A stretch of DNA of 64,000 nucleotides from an uncultured Thermoleophilia bacterium (GTDB taxonomy: Bacteria; Actinomycetota; Thermoleophilia; UBA2241), in contig CAZHMG010000006.1 of NCBI GenBank assembly GCA_964533575.1, positions 51 to 64,050 of the forward strand, written 5' to 3'. Below are positions 45,555 to 54,587 of the stretch, one piece after another; position 1 is the stretch's first letter, and the number at the start of each line of letters is the position of its first letter. The position numbers were made by a program, and so were the translations under genes. Below the pieces are notes generated by a model. The model did no database searches. It was not told the origin of the DNA and saw nothing but the letters and a program-made list of their open reading frames with translations.

Positions 45555-46637
45555 GTGCGCAGAGTCGCTGCTGCGGTGCACGGCGCCGTCGATCCGCAAG
45601 CGCTGCTCTCCGAGGGCGTGAGCCCCGAGGACATCATTGATTTCAGCTCCAATCAGGCCCCCGCCGGTATCGCCGCGGAGGTCGCGAGGGCCGTGCGGGC
45701 CGCCAGGTTCGACGCCTACCCGGATCCCCGAGCCTTCGACTTCTGCAGGGCGGCGGCTGCCCGTCACGGCGTGGGCGAGAGTTGTGTGGTGGCAGGCAAC
45801 GGTACGACGGAGCTGATTCGGCTCATTGCACAGCTCACACTCGGACCCGGCGATGTCGCAATGTCGCTGGCGCCTTCGTTCGGCGAGTACGTGGTCGCGA
45901 CGGCGCTCACGGGCGCTCGCCTGTCCGAAGTGCGACTCGTGAGCACTGGTGCCGGCGACGGCTTTCACTACGAAAGCGGCGCCGTCGCGGCGGCGCTAGA
46001 GGAGATGGCGCCGCCTCTCTGCTGGATCTGCTCCCCAAACAACCCCACCGGCGCCCTGGTGTCTCCCGCGGAGATCGTCTCTCTCGTCCGCGGGCATCCC
46101 GGAACGCTGTTCGTGCTCGACGAAGCGTACTGCGACCTGCTGGCGGAACCGCAGTGGTCAACGGAGCTCCTCGGCGGCGGCAATCTCGTCGTGCTCCGGT
46201 CGATGACCAAGGTCTGGGGTCTCGCGGGTCTACGCCTCGGGTACGCTCTCGCCCACGAAGAGGCGGCTGCGGCGCTGCGCGCCGCAGCTCCGCCTTGGAG
46301 CGTGAATGCGTGCGCTCAAGCCGCCGGCGTGGCCTGCTTCCGAGAAGCTGGACATTACCGGCGCAGCATGGACCTCTTGCTAAGCGAGCGCGATCGCATG
46401 ACAGGTGCGCTACGGCGGTCAGGCTGGATCGTTGAGCCGTCCCAAGCCGGCTTCTTCCTCGTGAGGGTGGGAGACGCCATGGCGACGAGGCGACGCCTGC
46501 TCCAGCACGGGCTCCTGCTGAGGGATTGCGCCTCGTTCGGCCTGCCTGACTGTCTGCGGCTCAGTCCTCGCGGTCCTGGCGATAACGACCGCCTCCTCGC
46601 CGCCTTCGCCACGCTGCACCCGGCCACGTACCACTGA
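45555..46637 (+). CDS. cobD: L-threonine-O-3-phosphate decarboxylase (PLP, HisC-like)
   Basis: VHGA, DFSSN, YPD, GNGTTELI, CSPNNPTG, DEAY, LRSMTK.WGLAGLRLGY. Located in the cob operon. Confidence 0.82.
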   Translation: MRRVAAAVHGAVDPQALLSEGVSPEDIIDFSSNQAPAGIAAEVARAVRAARFDAYPDPRAFDFCRAAAARHGVGESCVVAGNGTTELIRLIAQLTLGPGDVAMSLAPSFGEYVVATALTGARLSEVRLVSTGAGDGFHYESGAVAAALEEMAPPLCWICSPNNPTGALVSPAEIVSLVRGHPGTLFVLDEAYCDLLAEPQWSTELLGGGNLVVLRSMTKVWGLAGLRLGYALAHEEAAAALRAAAPPWSVNACAQAAGVACFREAGHYRRSMDLLLSERDRMTGALRRSGWIVEPSQAGFFLVRVGDAMATRRRLLQHGLLLRDCASFGLPDCLRLSPRGPGDNDRLLAAFATLHPATYH

Positions 46638-46694
46638 CAGGCGCCGGTTCACTGCTCTCACCGCGCCCAAGCGAAGTCCGAGCGCTGGCCTGCA

Positions 46695-46724
46695 TTGACG
46701 CTCAGCTGTTCGGGTTGATAGTCT
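46695..46724 (+). promoter_or_regulatory. Promoter of the fur-DUF71-btu operon
   Basis: TTGACG-18 nt-TAGTCT with an extended TGn motif. Confidence 0.6.
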
Positions 46725-46734
46725 CTCTCAAAGA

Positions 46735-46755
46735 GAATGAGAAACGTTCTCATTC
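46735..46755. promoter_or_regulatory. Fur-box-like operator
   Basis: Perfect palindrome GAATGAGAA-ACG-TTCTCATTC between the promoter and the fur start. It resembles the AATGATAATCATTATCATT Fur-box pattern. Confidence 0.75.
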
Positions 46756-46773
46756 CGAGAAGGAAGGCCGGAT

Positions 46774-47211
46774 GTGAGCGGAGTGATGCCGCAGGATATC
46801 GAGGAACTGTTCCGCTGCAAGGGCATCCCGTTCACCCGGCAGCGTCACTTGATCTGGGAGTACTTCGCCGCCGGCGATCGGGCGGCTACGATCGCCGAGG
46901 CGGCAGAGGCTCTGCGCGACTCCGATGTCGGTCAAGCCACTGTCTACCGTACCGTGACCCTTCTCTCAGACCTTGGTCTGCTGGCCCGAGTTCAGGATCG
47001 CGGCGGGCAAATCTGCTACACCGCGCCGCCCATCGGCCACAGCCACCCACTCGTCTGCGGGATCTGCCGTCGCGTTGTTCGTTTCGACGGCGACGGCGAT
47101 GTCGCGGCACTGGAAGAGCATCTGTCCGCAACGACGGGCTTCTCCATCTATGGCCACCATCTCGAGGTGTACGGCATCTGCCCTGACTGTCGCGAAGCGA
47201 ACGAGCGATGA
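46774..47211 (+). CDS. Fur-family transcriptional regulator (atypical metal sites)
   Basis: T.QR..I, VGQATVYRT..LL, HSHPLVCGIC, GHHLEVYGICPDC. Confidence 0.9.
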   Translation: MSGVMPQDIEELFRCKGIPFTRQRHLIWEYFAAGDRAATIAEAAEALRDSDVGQATVYRTVTLLSDLGLLARVQDRGGQICYTAPPIGHSHPLVCGICRRVVRFDGDGDVAALEEHLSATTGFSIYGHHLEVYGICPDCREANER

Positions 47212-47912
47212 CGGAAGGGGAGCTGAAGGGCAGACGATTCTTCTGTTCGTGGAGCGGCGGTAAGGACGCGTGTCTCGCGCTGCATCGGGCCGTTGCCGCC
47301 GCGGGCAGGCCTGTCGCTCTCCTGTGCATGCTGCAGGAGGACGGCGTGTCGAGCCGCGGTCACGGCCTGCCGCTGAGCGTCCTTGAAGCCCAGGCGGCGG
47401 CACTCGGGCTTCCGCTCATGACGAGGGCGACGAGCTGGGCTGAGTACGAACGACACTTCCTCGATGCCGTGCGGGAGCTTCGCGCCCAAGGCGTTGAAGC
47501 CGGCGTCTTCGGTGACATCGACCTGCAGGAGCATCGCGACTGGGTGGAGGCTGTGTGTGCCGAGGTGGGACTGTCCTGCCATCTGCCGTTGTGGCATGAG
47601 CCGCGGCGGCGGCTCGTGGAGGAACTCATCAGCTCCGGCGTATCCGCCACCGTCGTCGCTGTCGATGCCTCCAGGCTCGGCGAAGAGTTCCTTGGCCGAA
47701 CCGTCGACTCGGCGCTCGTCGCCGACCTTGTCGCCTCCGGCGCAGACGTCTGCGGCGAGGAAGGCGAGTATCACACCGTGGTGACGACCGCGCCTCTCTT
47801 TCGAGCGCCTGTTTCTCTGCGCTGGCATGGCCACGAGCAGCGCGACGGTCATTGGGTCCTGAGATTTGATTCCGTTCATTCAACAGATCGTCGAGGGGGT
47901 TCCGATTCATGA
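47208..47912 (+). CDS. DUF71/diphthine--ammonia ligase-like PP-loop ATP pyrophosphatase
   Basis: SWSGGKDA, SRGHG, QA.ALGLP, VFGDID, PLW, FLGR, D.CGEEGEYHT.V. Confidence 0.88.
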   Translation: MTEGELKGRRFFCSWSGGKDACLALHRAVAAAGRPVALLCMLQEDGVSSRGHGLPLSVLEAQAAALGLPLMTRATSWAEYERHFLDAVRELRAQGVEAGVFGDIDLQEHRDWVEAVCAEVGLSCHLPLWHEPRRRLVEELISSGVSATVVAVDASRLGEEFLGRTVDSALVADLVASGADVCGEEGEYHTVVTTAPLFRAPVSLRWHGHEQRDGHWVLRFDSVHSTDRRGGSDS

Positions 47913-48877
47913 ACGTGCTGCGCCTGCGTCGCCCAACCATCCGCGTCATTGTCCTGCTGGCAGCTCTCGCCCTGATCGCTGCCGCCGCCCTCGTCTCAGG
48001 CGGGTGTGGGGCGAGTGATGCGGCCGGCTTGAGTCCTTCTCCATCTGCCTCATCCGGCCCCATCACCGTGACCGATGACGGGGGCGAAGAAGTCACGCTT
48101 GCGGAGCCTGCCGAGCGCGTTGTCAGCCTCGCTCCCGCCAATACGGAGATGGCATACGCCATCGGCGGCGGGGACAAGATGGTGGGCGGCACCAGCTATG
48201 ACGACTACCCGGAAGATGCGAAGGCGTTGCCCAAGATCGGCGACTTCTCCAGCCCGAGCACTGAGCGCATTGTTGCGATGAAGCCCGACCTCGTGCTGGC
48301 GGCTGGCGGCATCCAAGCCGGCCTCCGCAGCAAATTGGAGAAGCTCGGCATGGAGGTGTATGTCATAGACCCCTCCACCTACGAAGCTGCGGTAGACGAC
48401 GTCCGTGAGCTCGGGCAGCTCATGGGTGTACAGGCTCAAGCCGAACAGGTCGCGCAAGACATGGAAGCCGCGGCGGTCGACGTGACGGCGAAGGTGGGAT
48501 CTCTCGACAAGGCGGTGACGTTCGTGGAGATCTACAGCCAGCCTCTCATGACCGCTGGCTCAGATTCTTTCATCGCCGACCTCGTGGCTCGCGCAGGAGG
48601 CGTCAATCTGGGAACCTCCGCAGGCCCGGGCTACCCGACGTTCAGCAGCGAAACCCTGATCACTGAGGACCCAGCCGTCTACATCGCCGTCTCCGGGGCG
48701 CAGAGCACACCGGGGGAGATCGCCGACAGACCTGGGTACGCGGGCTTGAGCGCCGTCAAGAACGAACGCGTCTACGTTATCGAGGACAACCTCATCGCGC
48801 GGCCTGGTCCGCGGCTGGCGGAAGGTCTGCAGCAGCTCGCCCAGATGATTCATCCAGAGGCGTATCAGGCCCAGTGA
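47909..48877 (+). CDS. Cobalamin/iron-chelate ABC substrate-binding lipoprotein (BtuF-like)
   Basis: Lipobox SGGC, VTDDGG, RVVSLAPANTE, E.IVAMKPDLV, RPGPRL. Confidence 0.88.
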   Translation: MNVLRLRRPTIRVIVLLAALALIAAAALVSGGCGASDAAGLSPSPSASSGPITVTDDGGEEVTLAEPAERVVSLAPANTEMAYAIGGGDKMVGGTSYDDYPEDAKALPKIGDFSSPSTERIVAMKPDLVLAAGGIQAGLRSKLEKLGMEVYVIDPSTYEAAVDDVRELGQLMGVQAQAEQVAQDMEAAAVDVTAKVGSLDKAVTFVEIYSQPLMTAGSDSFIADLVARAGGVNLGTSAGPGYPTFSSETLITEDPAVYIAVSGAQSTPGEIADRPGYAGLSAVKNERVYVIEDNLIARPGPRLAEGLQQLAQMIHPEAYQAQ

Positions 48878-49869
48878 TCGGGCGGGCACGCATTGGGGGC
48901 GGGCTTGGCCTTGCCCTTGCGGTCCTTCTGTTTGTGGCGTGTCTGATAGCGTCACTCCTGTTCGGCCCGGCCTCGCTACCGCTCGGTGAGCTCGTCGAGC
49001 ACATCCGTACGGGGCCGGGCGCGGACACCGCGGGGTCTGTCATCTTCTGGGAGATCCGCCTGCCGCGCGTTCTGCTGGCGTTCCTGGTAGGCGCGTCACT
49101 CTCGGTGGCCGGCGTTATCCTGCAGGATCTGTTTCTGAATCCGCTCACCGACCCGTACGTCACGGGGGTGTCCTCGGGGGCGGCGCTCGGGGCCACTATC
49201 GGCATCGTCTTGAAGCTCGCGCCGCTGCCCTGGGTCACGGTGCTCGCTCTGGCCGGCGGTTTCGCGACGCTCGCCGTGGTCTGGGTGGCGGCCCGGCGCC
49301 GTGGCAGGATCGACATCTACGTCCTGCTGCTGGCTGGAGTAACCATTTCCTACCTGGTCACGGCCGCCATCAGCGTGATGATGATTCGTGCGGGCGAGGA
49401 CATGTACGCGATCGTCTACTGGCTCCTTGGAAGCTTCAGCGGGCGTACCTGGCAGGAGGTGCAGGTCGCTCTGTTCGTCCTGCCGTTCCTGGTCGTGCCG
49501 TTCTTCTTCCTTGACGAGATGGACATTCTCCTGCAGGGGGAGAAGCGGGCCCTCGAGCTGGGTGTCGAGGTCGAGCGGGCCAAGCGCATTCTGCTGGTCA
49601 CGGCGGCGGCACTCACGGCGATTGCCGTGAGCGTGTCCGGCATCATCGGCTTTGTCGGCCTCGTCGTACCTCATATCGTACGGCTCCTGGTGGGCCCGGG
49701 GCACCGCCGCCTGATTCCCATCGCCCTGCTGGGCGGCGCCGCGCTGATGGGAATCGCCGACCTGTTGTCCCGCACGATGTTTGCGCCGACAGAGGTACCG
49801 GTCGGCGTCGTCACGACGTTCGTCGGCGCGCCGCTGTTCGTCTACCTGCTGCGGAGAAGGCGGGCATGA
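48874..49869 (+). CDS. FecCD/BtuC-family permease
   Basis: IRLPRV, NPL.DPY..GVSSGA, GIIGFVGLVVPH, EVPVGVVT..GAP.F. Confidence 0.92.
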   Translation: MIGRARIGGGLGLALAVLLFVACLIASLLFGPASLPLGELVEHIRTGPGADTAGSVIFWEIRLPRVLLAFLVGASLSVAGVILQDLFLNPLTDPYVTGVSSGAALGATIGIVLKLAPLPWVTVLALAGGFATLAVVWVAARRRGRIDIYVLLLAGVTISYLVTAAISVMMIRAGEDMYAIVYWLLGSFSGRTWQEVQVALFVLPFLVVPFFFLDEMDILLQGEKRALELGVEVERAKRILLVTAAALTAIAVSVSGIIGFVGLVVPHIVRLLVGPGHRRLIPIALLGGAALMGIADLLSRTMFAPTEVPVGVVTTFVGAPLFVYLLRRRRA

Positions 49870-51104
49870 GCGGCGCACCGTCGACGGCCCTGATCTCCGT
49901 TCGTGATCTGAGCTTCGCCTACGACGCGCGTCCGGTCCTCAAGCGCGTCTCGTTCGAGGCCGAGGCGGGCGACTTCGTCGGCGTGGTCGGTCCCAACGGG
50001 AGCGGGAAGAGCACCCTGCTCGACCTGATTGACGGTGTGCTCAGACCGGCGTCGGGCCAGGTGGAGGTCGCCGGACGGCCCACGGATGCCTACAGGAGAC
50101 GCGACATGGCGCGTCAGGTCGCCCTGGTCCCACAGCATTTCGCCCTCGAGTTCGACCTCGGCGTCCGAGAAGTCGTGGAGATGGGCGCGTACTGCCGCGC
50201 CGGGGAGGGCGGTTCGCAGGACGAGGCTGAGCAGATGCTTGCGCGGCTAGGTGTGAGCGGGCTGATCGATCGCCGCTTCTCCGAGCTCTCGGGCGGCGAG
50301 AAACAACTCGTCGTCCTCGCCCAGGCCCTGATGCAGGGGGCGCCTCTGCTGCTGCTCGACGAACCCGCCTCCGCGCTCGACGTCTCCCACCAGCTACGAC
50401 TGTTCGACCTGCTCAAGAAGCTCAACGCGGACGGCCTGACGGTCGTGTGCGTGCTCCACGACCTGAACCTCGCTCTCCACTACTTCGACCGGCTGCTCGT
50501 CTTCTCTGATGGCGAGGTGGCGGCATATGGTCCTCCCGAGGTGGTGCTGCGGCCGGAGATCGTGGAGGCCGTTTACGGCATACGGGCGTTCCTGCACAGA
50601 CATGCCGGCCGCACGTATCTGACATTCTCGCCTCGCGCTCGGGGTGAGCGCCGGGGCCGGGTGCATGTCATCTGCGGGGGCGGCACCGGGTCTGGCCTGA
50701 TGCGCGACTTGGTAGACGCCGGATACGACGTATCCGCCGGCGTCCTCAACGCTCTCGATACCGATGAGGAGACAGGGCGGGAGCTAGGCTTGCCGATGGC
50801 CGTCGAAGCGCCGTTCTCGCCCATCGGCGATGAGACGCACCGCGAGAATCTGGCGCTCATCGACGCCGCGGAAGTCGTGGTCGTCGCGGCCGTTCCCGTG
50901 AGCCACGGCAACGAGCGCAATCTCGTCGCGGCCCTGCAGGCGGCCGCCGCCGGCAAGCCGGTCTGGGTCGCATCCGGCATTTTCGACAGTGACTTCACAG
51001 GGATGACCGCGAGTCTGGCGACTGCCGGCGTGCAGTTCTATGGCCTGCAGTCCGAACTGTTCTCTGCGCTGAAGAGCCGCCCGGATCAGTGCTATCCGAG
51101 CTGA
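49866..51104 (+). CDS. BtuD/FecE-type ATPase with a roughly 150 aa C-terminal extra domain
   Basis: GPNGSGKS, LSGGEKQ, LDEP...LD, LHDLN. The extension has VHVICGGG.G, SAGVL...DTD, PFSPI and GNERNL. Confidence 0.9.
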   Translation: MSGAPSTALISVRDLSFAYDARPVLKRVSFEAEAGDFVGVVGPNGSGKSTLLDLIDGVLRPASGQVEVAGRPTDAYRRRDMARQVALVPQHFALEFDLGVREVVEMGAYCRAGEGGSQDEAEQMLARLGVSGLIDRRFSELSGGEKQLVVLAQALMQGAPLLLLDEPASALDVSHQLRLFDLLKKLNADGLTVVCVLHDLNLALHYFDRLLVFSDGEVAAYGPPEVVLRPEIVEAVYGIRAFLHRHAGRTYLTFSPRARGERRGRVHVICGGGTGSGLMRDLVDAGYDVSAGVLNALDTDEETGRELGLPMAVEAPFSPIGDETHRENLALIDAAEVVVVAAVPVSHGNERNLVAALQAAAAGKPVWVASGIFDSDFTGMTASLATAGVQFYGLQSELFSALKSRPDQCYPS

Positions 51105-51142
51105 ACAGGCAGGGAGTTACAGTCCAGCCCTTGCCTTCGACA

Positions 51143-51580
51143 TCAAACCGTCATGGCGCGCAACTCCGCGGCTGCTGCGCGCGCCTGATCCGCCGATTTC
51201 GCAAACGCCCGGGCGGAGTCGCCTAGCGCCTCCGCACACTCGCGGGCGAAGTCCTCATGAAAGCGCGCGGTTTCGAGCTCGGCATCGATGAGCTGCTCGA
51301 CGGCAGTGGGCCAGTTCGTTGCCGGCTCGACTCCCAGCTTGCTCACATAGTCGCGGCCGTCCAGCGATCGCAACGGGGAATTGGCGCCGCCACGCCTGAC
51401 GGCGAGCTTCTCGACGCGATCGTCATGGGCGCACACCAGTTCCTCCAGCTTCGCCTGCCACACATCATCAGGCGCGAGCACTCCGGCTGCGGCGGCGAAG
51501 TCGGCGCAGGCGCGTTCCGCCTCGAGGGCGAAGCTGAATGCGGATGTGCAGGTGATGATCTCGGGGAACTGGCGTGCCAC
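51143..51580 (-). CDS. Hypothetical helical protein, possibly ferritin-like
   Basis: All-alpha pattern with FALEAE, AHDDR, DAELE..FH. GTG overlaps an AGGAG RBS region downstream of the SBP gene. Confidence 0.5.
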   Translation of the reverse strand: MARQFPEIITCTSAFSFALEAERACADFAAAAGVLAPDDVWQAKLEELVCAHDDRVEKLAVRRGGANSPLRSLDGRDYVSKLGVEPATNWPTAVEQLIDAELETARFHEDFARECAEALGDSARAFAKSADQARAAAAELRAMTV

Positions 51581-51598
51581 GGTGACTCCTCTCGATAA

Positions 51599-53287
51599 CT
51601 ACTTCTTCCAGTACTGCGCGATATCAAGTTGATACACGTTGTGCAGATAGAAGCCGGCCACCTGCCTTGAACAGGCGCTCGTCTGCATGAAAGAGACGAG
51701 AGGTACGTAGGGGACTTCGGCGGCGATTGTACGTTGCATCGCCTGGTACGCGAGAATGCGCGCCTGATGATCCGGCAGCTGGTTGGCCTTGGCGCGCTGC
51801 TCCTCCAGAGCGGGGCTCCACCAGCGGCTCAGATTGGTGCCTTCTGGCTCTGCGGCCCGCCTGCTGCAGAGTTCTTGCACCCACTCATCGGGGTCCGGCA
51901 TCGAGGCCTGCCACGTGATGACCCCTAGCGTCGGCCGACGCCCTGTATCGATCTGCCGCTGGTACCGTTCTGTAGACAGGACTTCGAGACGGGTGTTCAC
52001 GCCGACGGCGGCGAGGTCATTCCGCAACGCTCCCACGAGTTCCGTGGTCTGGGCTCCTCGCTCGACCGTGAGCGTCACATCAAGGCCGGATTGATAGCCG
52101 GCTTGAGCCAGCAGTCTCCTGGCCTTTGCCGGAGAGTAGGCGCGGAAGGCAGTGCTGCTCTCATGCCCCGGCAGTCCGGCAGGGTAATACTGCCACAGCG
52201 CTTCGAGGCGCTCGTTCTGAAGGGTCGCCAAGCGCTCGCGGCTGATCGCCCAGGCCAGGGCGCGACGGACGCGCACATCGTCGAACGGCTTCCTTTTCGT
52301 GTTCATGAACAGGTACGAGGCCGCCAGCTGGGGACGGGAATGGACCTGCCCCCGCAAAACGGAATCAGCGGTGAAGTCCGCGAGCGCGTCCGCGGACAGG
52401 CCGTAGGCAAGGGCGTCGACTGCGCCCGTGCGAATCCCGGCCGCGCCCGCGGCCGGTGTCAGACCGAGCTCACAGTCGACCGCGTCCACGTGAGGCTTGC
52501 CGGTCTCCCAGTAGAGCGGGTTCCGGGCCAGCTTGATTCGGACTCCTGGGTCCCACTTCAGGAAGACGAAAGGCCCCGTCCCCAATGGATGACGTTCGAA
52601 CTCCTCGCCCCACCGCTCGACCCATTCCCGCGCCACGATGTGGCTGGACTGGTCCGCGAGGAGGTTGAGGAACGAAGGATCGGCTCTTCGCAGCCGGATT
52701 CTGACGGTAGCGTCATCGATCACGTCGACCCCTTCGATCTCACCGGCCTTTCCCATGCGGAACTGGACTGCGCCTGCGATGCCCATGTACCGGTCACGCG
52801 TCTTCTGAGGCGCCGCCCTCAGAAGACGCTCGAGCGTGTACTTGACGTCTGCCGAGGTGACCTGACGGTTGAGCGGCGGCTGGAACTTGACGCCCCTTCG
52901 AAGCGTGAAGGTGTACGTTCTGCCATCGGCCGAGATCCCGCCGTTGGCTTCGCTGGGCATGTGGCCGGCCAGACACGGGATCAGGACCGTTCCGTCCTCG
53001 CCCTGCTTGCCGTCGTATTGCAGCAGGCCTTGATAGACGGCATGCACGATGCTGCGCTCGGTGGTGTCCTCGGCTCGCGCGGGATCGAGGCTTTCAGGCT
53101 GCGCCAAATATGCGACGGTCAGCGTCCCGCCCGCCTTTGGCGTCTCGGATGTGGGCAGGACGACATTCGCCGCCGTTCCGTCCGTCGGTGAGCCACAGGC
53201 CGCCGCGAACAGGCCCAGTGCTGCGACCGCCATCAAACAGACGGCCAGCGCGATGGCATTTCTCGTTCCGCTGGCCGTCTTGGTCAC
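51599..53287 (-). CDS. Family 5 ABC substrate-binding lipoprotein (OppA/DppA-like)
   Basis: Lipobox AAAC, SLDPA, S.DG.TYTF.LR.GVKF, T.ADV.YT..R, GTGPF, PF.DVRVR.A. Confidence 0.9.
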   Translation of the reverse strand: MTKTASGTRNAIALAVCLMAVAALGLFAAACGSPTDGTAANVVLPTSETPKAGGTLTVAYLAQPESLDPARAEDTTERSIVHAVYQGLLQYDGKQGEDGTVLIPCLAGHMPSEANGGISADGRTYTFTLRRGVKFQPPLNRQVTSADVKYTLERLLRAAPQKTRDRYMGIAGAVQFRMGKAGEIEGVDVIDDATVRIRLRRADPSFLNLLADQSSHIVAREWVERWGEEFERHPLGTGPFVFLKWDPGVRIKLARNPLYWETGKPHVDAVDCELGLTPAAGAAGIRTGAVDALAYGLSADALADFTADSVLRGQVHSRPQLAASYLFMNTKRKPFDDVRVRRALAWAISRERLATLQNERLEALWQYYPAGLPGHESSTAFRAYSPAKARRLLAQAGYQSGLDVTLTVERGAQTTELVGALRNDLAAVGVNTRLEVLSTERYQRQIDTGRRPTLGVITWQASMPDPDEWVQELCSRRAAEPEGTNLSRWWSPALEEQRAKANQLPDHQARILAYQAMQRTIAAEVPYVPLVSFMQTSACSRQVAGFYLHNVYQLDIAQYWKK

Positions 53288-53412
53288 TGTCCCTCCGGCG
53301 ATGCGTGATTTCAGTCTACCGCACGCATCGTCTCGCCGACGGGGGAGCTTGCCGCCTCGCCGGACGTTGCCGCATGAAGGCCGAAAGAATATCGGCTTGG
53401 ACCTGCTGTGCT

Positions 53413-54510
53413 TCAGCTGGTCGGACGCTCGCCGAGCGTGACGTCCAGTGTGCGTTCATCACCATCGCGCACGATGACGAGCTGGACGGTCTCCCCTGGC
53501 TCCTGAACGCGGAGGTATGCGAACAGGTCGACTTCCGAGTCGACCTGGCGATCCCCTATCTGGATGATGATGTCTCCCTGTCTGACTCCCGCCTCGGCTG
53601 CAGGTGACCCCTGCTCGACCTGTACGACAAGGGCGCCTTCCGATCGGCTCAGGTCATACTCCTGCTGCAGGCTTGGCGTGATGGTCGTCGTCTGGATGCC
53701 GAGGTAGCCGTAGCTGACTCTGCCGTCTTCTATGATCTGATCCACAACATGGATGACGGTGTCCGACGGGATGGCGAAGCCGATGTTCTGGGCCCTTGTC
53801 TGAATGTCGGCGGCGGCCACGTTGATACCGATCACACGCGCTTGCGCATCGGCCAGCGCTCCGCCCGAGTTGCCGGGGCTGATGGCGGCGTCAGTCTGGA
53901 TCAGATCGACCGTACCGAGCGATCCTGCGGTCGGTACTTGGCGATTGATGGCACTGACAATGCCCATGGTCACCGAGCCTTGCAGGCCAAGGGGAGTGCC
54001 GAGCGCGAACGCGTATTCGCCGACGCGGACGTCAGACATATCGGTGAGGAAGGTTGCTGCAGGCAGATCCTGTCTGTTGATCTGTACGACAGCGAGATCG
54101 GAGAGGGCATCACGACCGATGAGCTCCGCGTCGAAGCTCTGACCTGTTGCGAGGGTGACTGTGATGTTCGGCGCGGGCTGATTGCCGCCGGCGGTCACGA
54201 CGTGATTATTGGTCACGATCATCCCATTCGCGCGGTAGATGACACCCGAACCGATGCCCATGCCCTGCCCTTGGGCATCGGCAACCGCGACGTCCACAAC
54301 GCTCGGCTGCAGGGCTTCAGCGACGGCGATGGCGGGGCTGTCACCTGCTGCTGCCACCACCGGTCCGGTCGCTGCCGGCGCGTCTGCCGGTGGGGTGGCG
54401 GAATCGGTGCCTGCGGACCCGCAAGCAGCCGCCACCAAGAGGAGGAGTGCGAGAACCGACAGTGATCCGATCCTTCTCGCGTGGTTCATGCGCTTTCCGG
54501 CGGTCTTCAT
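53413..54510 (-). CDS. HtrA/DegP-like serine protease with a PDZ domain (lipoprotein)
   Basis: AGGAGG RBS and ATG 54510, lipobox AAAC, catalytic triad TNNHVV / DLAVV / ISPGNSGG, PDZ (YLGI, SPAAEAG...GD.I). Confidence 0.92.
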   Translation of the reverse strand: MKTAGKRMNHARRIGSLSVLALLLLVAAACGSAGTDSATPPADAPAATGPVVAAAGDSPAIAVAEALQPSVVDVAVADAQGQGMGIGSGVIYRANGMIVTNNHVVTAGGNQPAPNITVTLATGQSFDAELIGRDALSDLAVVQINRQDLPAATFLTDMSDVRVGEYAFALGTPLGLQGSVTMGIVSAINRQVPTAGSLGTVDLIQTDAAISPGNSGGALADAQARVIGINVAAADIQTRAQNIGFAIPSDTVIHVVDQIIEDGRVSYGYLGIQTTTITPSLQQEYDLSRSEGALVVQVEQGSPAAEAGVRQGDIIIQIGDRQVDSEVDLFAYLRVQEPGETVQLVIVRDGDERTLDVTLGERPTS

Positions 54511-54587
54511 CGTTCCTCCTGTGCGGCTTTGCCCGTGTGTACCCCTATTCCCGCAACGCTGCGCCTGGCTACCGTGCGCCGAAGGCG

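Noticed and set aside
47208-47912. Diphthamide biosynthesis
   Set aside because: This is a bacterial context with no dph genes or EF-2 target; only the enzyme family is shared.
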